DNA of 63,993 bases, filler included, from Bigelowiella natans CCMP2755 (GCA_000320545.1; 7 parts of 7 records of this genome joined end to end with filler, not necessarily neighbours in it); one strand, 5' to 3'; shown: positions 49,061-61,549, counted from the first letter of the whole stretch. Notes: a model not told the origin generated them from the letters alone. Numbers and translations: made by a program.

Positions 49061-51838
49061 CATAGTTATATACACATATACTGCACTCACTACCATTATA
49101 TCCTGCTTTAAATTCTCTCCCCCCCTCTAACCTGCGTCAGTCTCCTTCCTCTCTCGCTCTTCTCCCGCTGCTGCTGCTACTGCCCCCCCCCCCTCCTCTG
49201 CCCCCGTTCTCCTTCTCCTCCTCGGCTCCCCGGTAGCATCATCCCACTCGACGTCCAATAGTCCCTCCAACGCGGCGAAATCTCTCTTTTTGAGCAGCTT
49301 GAGAACCATCCTTCGGATGCCTCCGGAGAGCTCTCCATCGTTTGATTCGGCGACCTCCCTACTTGATGCTGTCACCACCGTAAGGAATATCGGTTACTGC
49401 CACTCTATCATCATCATCGTCGTCGTCGTCACTTACACATCAAGGACATTGAGGTATCCTCAGGCTCGCAACTCACTTCCTCTCCGCCTCCCCCTTCTTC
49501 TTCTTCTTCTTCTTCTTCTTCTTCTTCTTCTTCTTTTTCTTGTTCTTCTTCCTCCCCTCCCTCCCAAAGAGAATGCCATCGTGCCGATTCCAGGGCTCAA
49601 AGCCCTCTCTGCATCAACGACTGATGCTGCGGTGATTATTGTTCACTTCATCTATCCTCCTAATCGCTGCCACTACGACGACTACATAATCACATCATCA
49701 CATCATCACCTGCTGCTGATAGATACTCTCGCAGCAGCCTCCCTGGCCATCCAACACTCTCTCCCCGAGCCACGGCGGCGTCCACCACAAGCTTCACGTT
49801 CCATGTTTTGGCAGCGGGAGACGAAGAGGAGGAGGAGGAGGAGGAGGCGGAGGACGCAGCAAGCTTCAGTGCCTTCAGGTATATTCTCGTCGCCCAATCA
49901 GAGATATCATGGTGAAGTTTCTCGAGACCTTCCGTCGCGAGAGTATGGAGGGTATGCAGCACTCTGTACTCTTCACTTCCGACACGCTGCCGGACTGCTG
50001 GCAGCAGGTCATCACCGCTACATATTTGAGGGGGGGGACCGTGAGGAGGCTGTATGTCATTCGAAAAGCGCGTAGCAGTACAATGCTGACGACGGATATG
50101 CTTTGTGTCGTTATTGTTGCTTCTGTTGTACGTTACCGTTCTGATAGGACGAAGCCCCATAGGAAGTTCTGGGGGACCCCCTTCAGGCTTGGACGGCGGT
50201 TGAGTGCCTCGAGCAGCATTTGCGCTGCGTCGTTTCCCTTGAGCGACGCCGCAGCGAGTGCCACGTACCTTTGGGGGGAGGAGGGGGGGGGGGGGGGGGA
50301 TGGGGCGAAAAATTCGCGGTGTGCGGAGGCGCCATGATCGATGATTCTTTGTGGGTGGGAGATTACTGCTGCTACTTCTACTGGTGATGATGATGACAAT
50401 AGTAACAGGTACTTACCACCACGACTTTACTTTGAACATGCTTTGATTGTCCGCAAGCCTGATAACGACGCCTTCCTCACCGATCATATCACGCACTTTC
50501 CCCATGACCTGCTTGAGTACCGAGGATGCAGCGGTGGCGGCGGTGGTGGTGGTGGCTTCTCTCCCCCCTCCTGCTCCACAAGCACCATCCAACGGTCCCC
50601 TCCCCTTGCAGTCGTCTTCTTCACTTTCCTCTTGCTCCTCCCCTTGGGTGGTGCTCGCCGTCGATGTCGTTGGTGCTGACGCCCGCGCTACGGGGATGTT
50701 ATGTTCCTGGGCTGCAACGCACACGGCGTGGTGGGGGAGATAGTCCCCGGATTTGATGTCGCGAAGAGCGAGCAGCGTCAGCCTGGCGCTGTCGTGGTGA
50801 ATCACGCCTACGCGACGGCCTGCAGGACACCACTCGAAGAGCGGGGTGAAGCCCTTCAGGATCCACGTGCGAGCGAACTGAGAATAGCAGCACGGCTGCG
50901 ACGACGAGGAGGAGGAGGAGGAGGAGGAGATGTGAGGAGGCCCCGTCCCCTTGTGCTCTTGGGAGGCGGTAACAAATTGCTCGATCTCTTCACTGACGAC
51001 TGAACGAGAAGCCCATCGAAGGATGCCCCCCCCCCTCGGAAAAAGCACCGGTGAAGCGAGCAGCCCGTCTATCTTCTCCATCACACTCAGTGCCACTGCT
51101 GCTGATTCTTCTGTGGGAGAGCTGGAAGAGTTTCCGCCGCTACCGCCCCCCCCTTGGTTACTGTTCATCAGCTTCCCCGCGATCATCTCCGCGACTCGCG
51201 CCGCCGACGTCTCCTCACGCTCATCGACGTTAAAGAACTTATGAAAACGGCGAGCGAGAACTAATGACGTTCAGGCAGGCGATTAGGAGTGTGTAGTAGT
51301 AGTAGTAGTAGTAGTAGTAGCAGCAGCATTAGTACGGTAGAGACTAAGGGCTAAGGGGGGGGGGAGATGACGCAAGCTACAGTGCAGATTCCTACGAAAT
51401 TGCCCAATTCCCCTAGACCCAAGCAAAGATGAAGATAATGCACACAAAACGCATAAACAAAAGGGGCGCGCGCGCGCGCGGACGCACCTTCTCCCGTCGT
51501 CGCACACACGAGCAGTCCTCTGCACTCGCGGCGCGCGGCTGCCATCCAGCGTGCCTTCGAGCGGGGGGGGCCAGCGGCACTGGGATCCGGGAACAACGTG
51601 GAAAGTGACCCTGCATTACGATAGTCGAAGGATATATAGCTGACGATGCTGTGCCCTTCTTCACCTCCTCCTCCTCCACCACCAACAGGGCCTCCTCCAA
51701 CAGAGTAGCTCCGCACAACGAAGCCAGGGCAATCGCGAACTGCCTCGCGGAGCAAGGGGAGGACGTTGCCGGAGAACTCCGGGAAAGAACCGTGCATCGA
51801 GAGAGGGCGCGGGGGGGATACCTGACTCGGGTGGTAAT

Positions 51839-51876
<38 letters not shown>

Positions 51877-53208
51877 GTGTGTGCATGCTGCGTGTATGTG
51901 GGTAATTCATCCAAGTGGTCTTTCAAATCTAAATACAGGAGAGGCAATTGATCTGGCGGCACCTTCACAGTGCGACCAGCCCCATCGATGCTTGTTACCA
52001 TCTCGCCATTACTATCGTCCTTTGCATCATCCCGTCCGCTCTCCTCAACCCCCCCTACGAGTCCCTCCTTGCCAGCATTTTCCGGTTTCCTCGTAAGGCT
52101 CCCTCCTGCCGTTACGCTAGCATGCGCGGAGACAGCGGTGCTGCCTCTTGGCCATGGCCACCGAGGAGGGAGGGGGAGGGAGAGAGTCTTTGCGTCTTCG
52201 ACCCTCGAAGTAGCTGTGCGACCGGATACCCTCCCGTCGCTGTATATGAAATCCTCAGAGTCCGAAAGGGCGACGCTCACCACTGTGTCGTTACATAAGA
52301 ATGCCGCAAGCGGATCGCCCCTCTAAGGTCAAAGAACGGGTATTTCCAAGGAAGGGGGAAAGAAGGGGGGGATACGAACGAAGACGAAGAATTTGAGAAT
52401 GGACTTTCTTTTCATTTTTCCCAATGATGTGGGCGGGAATGCGGCAAGTAAATGCAGAGACACGGGAAGGGGAATAACATGCTGCGGTACATGCACTTTC
52501 GATCACTGTCTGCGGCTTTGGCGGAGGTTGCTGTTTCCTTCTCGCGATGTTTGTTTTAAAAGAAAGTGGTGCTCCAAGAGAGCATATATCGTCCTTAAAA
52601 CATGGTCGTCGCAACACGGCTTCATAGCATCCATGCTCTTTGCAGGAATACAGTCATCTGTGTGTCCGCTGCGAGCTCGGAAAATCCAACAGTTCTGTGC
52701 TCAGAATCATCGTATTAGCATCATCGTATTCAAACCTTCAACTCCGTTCCGGCCCTGGCCAGTTTCGTGTCCTTTTTTATGAACAGCCTGCGAACCTTGA
52801 GGGGGGGTGAGATGGGGAGCGAGGCAACAATAGACAGCAAGGGGTTTCATCTGTATAACGCCCGTGCATCCACTCGAGTTGATTCCACAGCCCTTCGATT
52901 TGAGCGGGGGCAGAGAGGGTGGGGGGGGATTCGAGAATACCTTTTTCTTTTTAACTTTGAGTTTGTTCGCAGCTTTTCTGGCAATATCATCGAAGTCTGG
53001 CAAGACTAGCACGCCTGCTGCCACCTGAAGCACAGTAGATCAGCGTGGTATTGCACCTTCAGATGATGTGATACTCTTCCTGATGGGTTTCTTCTGCCAT
53101 CGTAAGGAGCCTGTTCATCTGGCGCTCGCGTGAACGAATTAATCAACACACCTGGCCTCTTGCTGAGCCCTTGTTCCGGCAGAGGCTAATGCGAATCTTC
53201 TTCGGCAT
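45915..53208 (-). CDS. Multidomain RNA-repair protein: Ubl-like N-terminus + T4 Rnl1-type RNA ligase + unassigned domain + HAD (NT5C-like) nucleotidase; runs into the gap
   Basis: ATG at 53208. Ligase: RRECRGLLV|VLARRFHKFFNVDE, motif I EKIDG (~51064-51078), FTPLFEW, EEGVVIR, MFKVKSW|WY, DDLLP. HAD: IYCDLDGVLADFDRG|F (~47540-47590), FFRTLPPM, ILTGLP, KQKWC, ILIDD (~46810), AWEKGGGVFIH. Splice junctions restore the frame at each motif break. Confidence 0.85.
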
Positions 53209-53427
53209 TGTTCCTCCTCCTCCTCCTCCGGGGGGGGATGGCGAGCTAATTTATCGCGGAGCGTTCCCGGCCGCTTCTCTTTCCAGATCGACCGGGAAAA
53301 GCGCCTGCAATTGTTGTCCGACAAGCGTCCCTTTCGTTGTCGCAGAAGAAAAACCACAGTCGTTCTTAACTCCTTCTAAGCGGTGCCTTTCTCTCCCCGT
53401 TTTGAGCTCCTCCTCCTCTCGCTAGAT
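53209..53427. promoter_or_regulatory. Putative bidirectional promoter/5' UTR region
   Basis: Only 219 nt separate the divergent ATGs at 53208 (minus) and 53428 (plus). The call rests on gene geometry alone. Confidence 0.55.
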
Positions 53428-54435
53428 ATGATAGGGCCAGCTCGCTGGTACGTGGCGCTGCTCTTGGGGCTCCCTCTCTATGTTCCAGTTATGTGCCTTT
53501 TCTGCACACTGGCGTTCCCTGTCCAACTCCTCATCTGCTGCCTCAGCCGTAGAAGGCGCTCCTCGTCAGGACTTTGCAGGACTGCCCTCAACAGGGTCCT
53601 GCGCAAGATACACCTGTCCCCATTTGCTTACGTGCAAGATGCGTTGTGCCTGGGCATTAGCCAAGCTACGTCTCCAGGGCGGGTTTTGTATGCGAGAATT
53701 CCGGAAAGAGCAGGGAGCACAGATCAGAAGACGCCGGTTCCTCGTCCGGGGTCCCCAATTGCCTCTTTCCATCTTGTTAAAAACCTACCAAGGGAGGTGG
53801 AAAACGAAGGTGGTTCTCACCCCCATATTCGATTAGTATTCATCTCTGACCCCCACCAGAAGCTGAGGTTCCTTGAAATCCCTGATGGGGACGTATTGTG
53901 CATCTGCGGGGACGTGCTGCTGAGGAACGGTTTCTGGTTTGGAGCAACCATCGCGTTCGAGGAGTTCAAGCGTGTGCTACTCTCTTTACCCCACAAGTAT
54001 AAGATTTTCATCGCAGGAAATCATGATGCAAAGATCGAATCTTTGGGCAAAGAGGCTGTGGAGAGATCGCTGCCCGGAGTCATTTACCTAGAGAACTCGT
54101 CAGCTATGGTGGAGGGAATAAAGTTTTACGGGTGTCCTTACAGCCCATTGAGCCCCAGTAGAAACTCAGCTTTTCAAATGGAGAGGGAGGACGCCGCAGG
54201 AGTGATGATGAATATTCCTGCAGACACGGACGTCCTCATCACCCACGCGAATGATTCCCTCACGGACGAAGTTGTTCGAAAAGTGCTGCCGTTGATCCAT
54301 GCACATGGGCACTTTCATGGTGATTATGGTGTGAGCCAGAAGGGCTCTACGTTGTCCATCAACGCTTGTAGCGTAGATGGATATTATAGGGCTGTAAATC
54401 CGAGCGTCGTCGTCGACATTGAGCGAAAAAGATAG
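53428..54435 (+). CDS. Calcineurin-like metallophosphoesterase (MPPED-like) with an N-terminal membrane segment; intronless
   Basis: All metal-binding motifs are present in order: FISDPH, ICGD, IAGNHD, LITH, HGHFH. The N-terminus is hydrophobic (WYVALLLGLPLYVPVMCLFCTLAFPVQLLICCL). Confidence 0.9.
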   Translation: MIGPARWYVALLLGLPLYVPVMCLFCTLAFPVQLLICCLSRRRRSSSGLCRTALNRVLRKIHLSPFAYVQDALCLGISQATSPGRVLYARIPERAGSTDQKTPVPRPGSPIASFHLVKNLPREVENEGGSHPHIRLVFISDPHQKLRFLEIPDGDVLCICGDVLLRNGFWFGATIAFEEFKRVLLSLPHKYKIFIAGNHDAKIESLGKEAVERSLPGVIYLENSSAMVEGIKFYGCPYSPLSPSRNSAFQMEREDAAGVMMNIPADTDVLITHANDSLTDEVVRKVLPLIHAHGHFHGDYGVSQKGSTLSINACSVDGYYRAVNPSVVVDIERKR

Positions 54436-54738
54436 CTCTGGCGGGCTATCCCAGCTAGAATGAATGCTGAAGAATGACAAGATATGTGCATGCACACGCA
54501 TGTAGTGATTTCGCGAGTAACAGTTCTCCGAAATATGTGGCGTATACGATGCTCCACATAGCACGTGTATATTATGGCGCGCGTATGTAATGGGCCATCG
54601 GCACATCCACGTATCGCACATCTAATGCATGTCACAATGGTTCGAATTTGGCCGCGTTGTAGAACAAAATCTATTCTAGTAATTTGCAATGCGATGACCG
54701 TCATGCAGAACACATCAACATGTAATGCTTTCATGTAT

Positions 54739-54772
<34 letters not shown>

Positions 54773-54811
54773 TGTGTGTGTGTGTGCGTCATGTTAATTT
54801 GCGGCGCGCGC

Positions 54812-54851
<40 letters not shown>

Positions 54852-55008
54852 CGCATGCATGACATGCGTACATTTACATGTTACACTCATTCATGTATTG
54901 TGCTCATGTTTGTAATTGTGATGTGCATATTAAAAATAACCATGCCGATCAATACGAATTGGGAGGTCGCAACACTAATTCACATTCACACACCCTACCC
55001 ATAGGATT

Positions 55009-55119
55009 TGGAACCCCAATCACACTGACCTATGTTGTGCTTTTTATTCTTCCTCATACATCATGGAACCCCAATCATACTGACCTGTGTCGTGCTTTTT
55101 ATTCTTCCTCACACATCAT
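55009..55119. repeat. 55-bp tandem duplication (2 copies)
   Basis: tggaaccccaatcacactgacctatgttgtgctttttattcttcctcatacatca is followed by a near-identical copy. Confidence 0.9.
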
Positions 55120-56099
55120 GATTCTCCAGAGAAACTCCACCATCAGCCCGTGGTTCATTCAACCATGCAATGCGCAGCTAACATGAACACTACGCCGTGG
55201 ATCCATCAACAGGTTTCCAGCCCCCGAGCGGGCCAACAAATAAAGGATATCCCAGCATGGAGATAGAAAGAAGGTGCCAAGAGGGAGACGGGATTCCGTG
55301 ACACAAGATGAAACCACTTTCTCCTTTGAGTTCGTCGGGGGGGTTCTGGAGGGTTCGGCAGCAGAAAAAACAGGAAGAAAAATATCGGAAAATATCTCCT
55401 AGGAGAAAAGCGTAATAGTTACGCGCCATCCCATCTCTTGCTTTTTTCGCGCCATTTCTCTATTTCTCAACATCTCGCACATTTCGCGCCATTTTCGCAT
55501 TCGCATCGGCAGAGTTCTCCCTAAGACAATCATTTCAACATGTCGTAGGGTAAAACTACATCTGGATACCACCCCGATTGGGAACCAATATTTGGAACAT
55601 AGAATGGCAGAGAGCGAGCGTCCTCCCTGACAGGGGATTTCCAACTCTCTTTGCCCTTGTGTTTGCTTTTTACTCTGGAAATCCCCGTGGGATTCTGATT
55701 CAATATGCTCGCTCCGAAAAACTGTGTGGTATGAGGGTGAAAAAATCTTCCGACAAAGAAATATTCAATGGTTTTCATTCCAAAATACATGCCATTATTC
55801 CCATTTGGAACACATGAGACGGAAATCCGCACGAAAATGGTCCCGGCCAGTCTCCAGCAAGATGAACTCTGGCGTCGTTGAAAACGACTCATAGGTCCAA
55901 TTGATCATCTAATTTTGATTGAGACAACAAGTTTTGGCGAAAAACACATAAATAGCACGTAGTTCGGTATCACCATGAGAGAAGTTTGAAATCTAAATTG
56001 AATTATCTAATTTGAAACATCACCGTGTCACAACGCGCGAAAACATTAGTGGGGGGTCCTCCATCGCAACGAGCGGCGGCTAGACACTACCAAAGAGAC

Positions 56100-56468
56100 C
56101 TGTAGCAAGTGTCAAGGCTATTGGGAGGTTTCTTCTGCCATTTTTCGCGAAGTCCAAGAATCACCCGCAATTTAAACACGGCTCCGACGAGGCCCAGAAT
56201 CCCCCAACCCAGACTTTAGTGGATGGCGAGAATCTGAGAGCAAACAGCCTTGAGATGCTAGCTTCTTCAACCAGCCATCTTAATTCTTCATCAGCCAATT
56301 CTCTGGAGATTGTAGAGGCGTCCAGCCCGGAGCATGTTACATGTACCTTCATAAATTCCAACCATTCAGTTCCACTGACCGCCCTGAAGACAGCAAACTA
56401 CAAACAATCGGTGTGTATCTCAGAAAGCAAGAGAGGGGGCGGGGAGATAGATAGATAGATAGGTAGAT

Positions 56469-56520
<52 letters not shown>

Positions 56521-57297
56521 CGAGACAGAGAAATTGAAGAAACTGAGGCGTGAGCAAAAAATGAACATCCGGCACATTTTATCCTCCTGTTAGGTTCACA
56601 TCACAACTTCAGCTCCATTGAGGAGAACGGCATTGATGATGATGATGAGCGTGATGAGCGTCGAATTCTACCTAGAGCCCCGTGTTCCTCCTCCTCCTCC
56701 TCCTCCTCCTCCTCCTCCTCCCCGGACTACGTTCACCGGAAGCATGCCTTCACCTCAGGGAGTAGGAAGCGAGTAATAGCCACGGAAAGGCAGCTCCTCC
56801 CAAAACACGAATTGGTTCCCTTCAACCGCGAAGGGTTGACCAAACCTGAATCATCCGCAAAGGCGTCAGAGCCTTGTGAAGAACACAGCCCCACCACGAG
56901 GAATCAGCGTCCTAGCAAACGGCAGAGAGTTCCTTCTTCCCTCTCTCCGCGCGCGGGGTATGTATCTCCGAACGGGTACGACGAAGAAGCGGCAGTCGAG
57001 AGGCAGGCGGCTAGTCTGGCCCATTTCTCCCCTTCTTCCTCCTCCTCCTCGTTAACTCCTCCGTTGCACCCGATGATACAAGACAATAGGGAGGGGAGCA
57101 GCGAACCATCACCCCCGAATTCCCACTCTTCCTCTTCTTCCTCTTCCTCCACCAATGATGAGAAAGGGATGAGGAGGAAGAGGAGGAGGGGTGGGGAGTC
57201 TTCACAGAGGAGCAGAACAAGTGTTGCAGCACCAGCACTGCATAGCAGGAACAACGGCGGCGGAGAAGCAGGCAGCGGGAGGAAGGGGAAAGACTAG
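56100..57297 (+). CDS. Hypothetical low-complexity protein (partial)
   Basis: Open S/E-rich frames at 56219-56410 and ~56594-57297 are separated by a GA-microsatellite intron. Confidence 0.4.
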
Positions 57298-57461
57298 GCG
57301 CCTGCCTCTCGACTGCCGCTTCTTCGTCGTACGCGTTCGGAGATACATACGCCGCGCGCGCAGAGAGGGAAGAAGGAACTCTCTGCCGTTTGCGAGGACG
57401 CTGATTCCCGCGTGGTGGGGTCTGTGTTCGTGGCCATGGCTCTGACGACTTGGCGGATGAT

Positions 57462-57561
57462 NNNNNNNNNNNNNNNNNNNNNNNNNNNNNNNNNNNNNNN
57501 NNNNNTTAATTAATTAANNNNNNNNNNNNNNNNNNNNNNNNNNNNNNNNNNNNNNNNNNNN
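57462..57561. other. Assembly gap placeholder
   Basis: 44 N + TTAATTAATTAA + 44 N. Confidence 0.98.
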
Positions 57562-57601
57562 AATTCCAAGCACATTGAAATACATATTGCAGGTAGTAAA
57601 C

Positions 57602-57641
<40 letters not shown>

Positions 57642-57759
57642 AATCACGTGTGTGTGTGCATACGTGTGTGTATTGGGTCGCGTGGTAGGATAAAATTTGT
57701 TAGATTTATCGATTGATTGCTCCATAGCTACGCTATGCTCTGTTTTACATTTCATTACA

Positions 57760-57852
57760 GTGGGTGGGAAGAGAGCAAGAGCTGCTTTTAGCTATGTAAA
57801 GTGAAACTCGGAATCGATAATACCTGCTATGCTCTCTCTCTCCCTCTCTCTT

Positions 57853-57917
<65 letters not shown>

Positions 57918-57964
57918 TTCTCCCTCTCTCCCTCTCTCTTTTTGTCATACACGAGCATACGCTG

Positions 57965-57997
<33 letters not shown>

Positions 57998-58059
57998 AAA
58001 TGGTTCAGATATATGTGCTTTGGGACTACTGTGACCAAGGTATCACTCACATAGATGCT

Positions 58060-58101
<42 letters not shown>

Positions 58102-58182
58102 AGCACGTATGTATGCACCGGGGGGAAATTGAGGCTGGCGAGAAGATTTGGCAAGCGGGCACATCTTGACTCTTAAAATACG

Positions 58183-58216
<34 letters not shown>

Positions 58217-58434
58217 TATCACCATCACCATCAACGAGTAGAGAGCTGCTGAAAACTGAGAGTATGCATCCACCCCTCTCCTTGCTAGGCTCTATCGTCG
58301 ATTATTTCAACTCCGTCCACGGCGTACAGCTAGTCACGAGGAGGAATGGTAGTCAGCGATGTATCAATGTGTTGGTTCAGTAAAAGCCGTAGGAATAGTA
58401 ATAGTAGTAGCAGAGCAGCAATACTGGTGGTAGC

Positions 58435-58467
<33 letters not shown>

Positions 58468-59063
58468 CGTAAGTACCGGTAGGAGTGAGCGGCGAAGATG
58501 CGAGAAAGTTCTCTACTCGAAATTGTGCGCACGCTATCTCTGCCCTGTAACGTGTTGATAGGATACGTTTCGTTCACATCCCCAAAGCCGCTCTCCCTGG
58601 CCTTCCAGGTCGGTCGCCCCCCATTATGTGTCGCGTCGCTGCCTCGCTTGGGCATGATGCGCTGCCGGTCTTTCCCGTGAGAGCGTGCCGAGGAAGAATC
58701 GACGTGTCACACGCCGGAAACCAAACGCTTTTCCGGAGAGATACTCTCCTCGTGAGCGTGCGATTTGAGCTCATTGGGAGAAAGCGAGAGAGGGGGAGGG
58801 AGGGAGAGAGAGAAGGGGGCTGGGGGTTGGGAGGCAGTGGAGCCCACCTTTCCTAATTGGCAGATCTCTATCGTTGAGATGCTACGACAACTCACCACGG
58901 TAGTAACGTGAACATTGGTGACGAAGCACATGAAATGAAGTGGAGAGATAGGAGAATGGCAATGTTGGGTGGGGGGGAGGGGGGGGGGGGCATAGGTGGC
59001 ACCTGATTTTGTTTTGGGGAGCTCTTCTGACCATATGCTAACGAACATTTCTAAATGATACAC

Positions 59064-59152
<89 letters not shown>

Positions 59153-59401
59153 ACTCACACATGTGCACGTTATTGCATCTTAGACTGAAAGCACGAGCGC
59201 GTATCCGTTCCACAAAAGACATGCTTGACGACGATGATGACGGGTAGATAGTAGCAACATGGAGGGGGAGGGGGAGGGGGAGGAGGAAGGAGAGGGGAAA
59301 GCAAAAGGAGAGATCCTAAAGGAAGTGGTGTTTAGTCGTCGTCCATGGTCCTCGTTAGCATCATACCTGCTACTAGTTGTTGGCAGAGAGCGAGAGAGGG
59401 G

Positions 59402-59444
<43 letters not shown>

Positions 59445-60720
59445 CAGGGTTAATAAACACATCACGCCGTATCCGGAAGAAGCTACTACTGCTTGCTTCT
59501 TCTCCTCCTCATCCTCCTCCTCCCCCTTCTTTCTTCCTTTCTTTGGTGTGTCTATTCTTCACCTCTTCAGCCTTGGAGGGGATTTGTTCAATCTTGGCAG
59601 CATCAAAGATAAAGATACGCTCCGGAAAGTAAGAGAGAGCCGTCCCCCCNNNNNNNNNNNNNNNNNNNNNNNNNNNNNNNNNNNNNNNNNNNNTTAATTA
59701 ATTAANNNNNNNNNNNNNNNNNNNNNNNNNNNNNNNNNNNNNNNNNNNNTCAGGAACAAAATCTGCATCCTCAGTGCAGCAGTTAGGATGGAGAATAAAT
59801 GCAGCTTGTAAGTAAAGCCCTGTCGGCGATGTTGCAGATGCGCATCGTAACCCTTTCAGTTTGACGCACATCAGGATGTATTTGAAGGTGATATCAAACA
59901 GAGTACTGTCACATTGGAATTTGTGCGTGGGAGTGGTCGATGTTTAGTCATAGTCTGAGGTAGTGGGAGCGTTCAGCTCACAACAATCTCGTGAGAAATG
60001 TGCGATTTGCACGCAAGAAAATCTCTGATTTTCTTTCGAAAAGGCTCAGAAACTCGACTTCTAGGTTCGGTATTGATGCGTGTAGTTTTTACAAGTTAGA
60101 TCTGCGCCATCAAGCGCCAAACAGGAAGAGGAGAGGACGACAGCGGTCTCTTGCTTCCTCGAAGAGGGAAAAAGGTAATTTTGGGATGGGGGGGGGAGGG
60201 AAGGGGGGGGGGGGGACTGACAGAATAACGGGAGAAGGCTATAACGCCAATCACTACCACGTCATGTCACGGATAAGACGGATAAGATCCCTTTACAGTC
60301 GCCACCCCCTGCCAGTAGTGAGATGTATAGCCATGCCTCCTCTCATTCGTTTCGATCGCCATGGGTATGTGTGTGTGTGTGTCTGTCTGTCTGTCTGTCT
60401 TTGTGTAACAAACGATCTGTCCCCCGAACATGTGCTACTAGGTGAATGCAAGATGGGCCATCGATCTCCTTCGCGCGGCGACATCGTCATCGTGCTCCAC
60501 CACCGCCCCCAAAGCCAAGGAAATCAGTGAAAACAGCACGAGTGTGGATGGTGATCAAGCCGTCGCGCAGAGCCTCGGAGGAAGGAGTGGCGACGGCCAC
60601 AACGATAGCAGCAGCGGGGCCTGCAATCAGAGTTATGATACGACTCGGGCGCCGAAAAAGGAAGGGACTAGCACCAAGTCTGCTGAGCAGAAGAAGCAAA
60701 AGCGGTACAGGAAGACTTGA
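57760..60720 (+). CDS. Scattered exons of a hypothetical protein
   Basis: Splice-bounded pieces WVGREQELLLA, IYVLWDYCDQ, ELLKTESMHPPLSLLGSIVDYFNSVH and a terminal VNARWAIDLLRAA...KRYRKT-stop. The interval spans a gap. Confidence 0.25.
59650..59749. other. Assembly gap placeholder
   Basis: 44 N + TTAATTAATTAA + 44 N. Confidence 0.98.
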
Positions 60721-61549
60721 GATTTCGGAGGAGCGTGCAGCAATTCGTACGTTGTGTTGGAATGCCAAATGTGTGCGTAGATGTGTGTGGAGACAAGCTA
60801 GCAAGGCATCACTAGCATCATTGCAGTGTGAGGAAAATAGATGCGAAGCAGAAGCGCATCATCGCACGCATCTCATCAATTACGCATAGTAACACTTCCG
60901 CCATGCTAGCATGCATGCTGTGCAATATGTAGACATATCTAGATGTGCGCCTAGCTCTCGAGCTCTTGAGCTACTTGCTACCTTGCATTGTATCTTATAG
61001 CAGCATGCACTCTTTTCTAGTTTTAGACATTGATTTGCTACACGTACAAGGCCGATCCGTGGAGCTGCCATATATATGCATATAGCTATCGATAGTACAT
61101 TATGTACACACATGTAGATAGCAGGAGGCGAACGGATGTTGTTAAAAAAATTCGGTCGATCAATCACTTATAGAGCCTGATCCGCAAGCACTGTCGCCTC
61201 ATTGAACTAATAATATGCATATGGAATTGTTCCATGTGCATACAACATTATTGGCATGATCTCAAGGCATATGGGTTGCAGAAGAGAAACTCCACACACG
61301 TATCGTTCTGTGGCGCTTTGATAAACCGTATTAAATTTCGTATGCGCACTGTTTATTCCAGCATCATCGTATTTGACTCGCTGCCGCAGTGTAAATTCAG
61401 TAGCTAGCACGCACTGTTGTAGTGATATACTGCCGAACGCGCCGCGGTTTGGATGTAGATTATCATCATCATCATCATCACCATCACCATCACCATCATC
61501 CCATCCACGTCGCTTCGATGCTTTCAAAGGGGGATTTTGGGAGCAGCAC

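Noticed and set aside
34926-55119. 63-bp and 55-bp repeats as CRISPR arrays
   Set aside because: They are head-to-tail with no unique spacers, there are no cas genes, and the context is eukaryotic.
55130-55900. Possible gene or transposon ORF
   Set aside because: No frame gives a recognisable motif or a consistent splice path.
58005-58040. IYVLWDYCDQG resembles a protein kinase hinge
   Set aside because: No HRD, DFG or VAIK motifs were found nearby.
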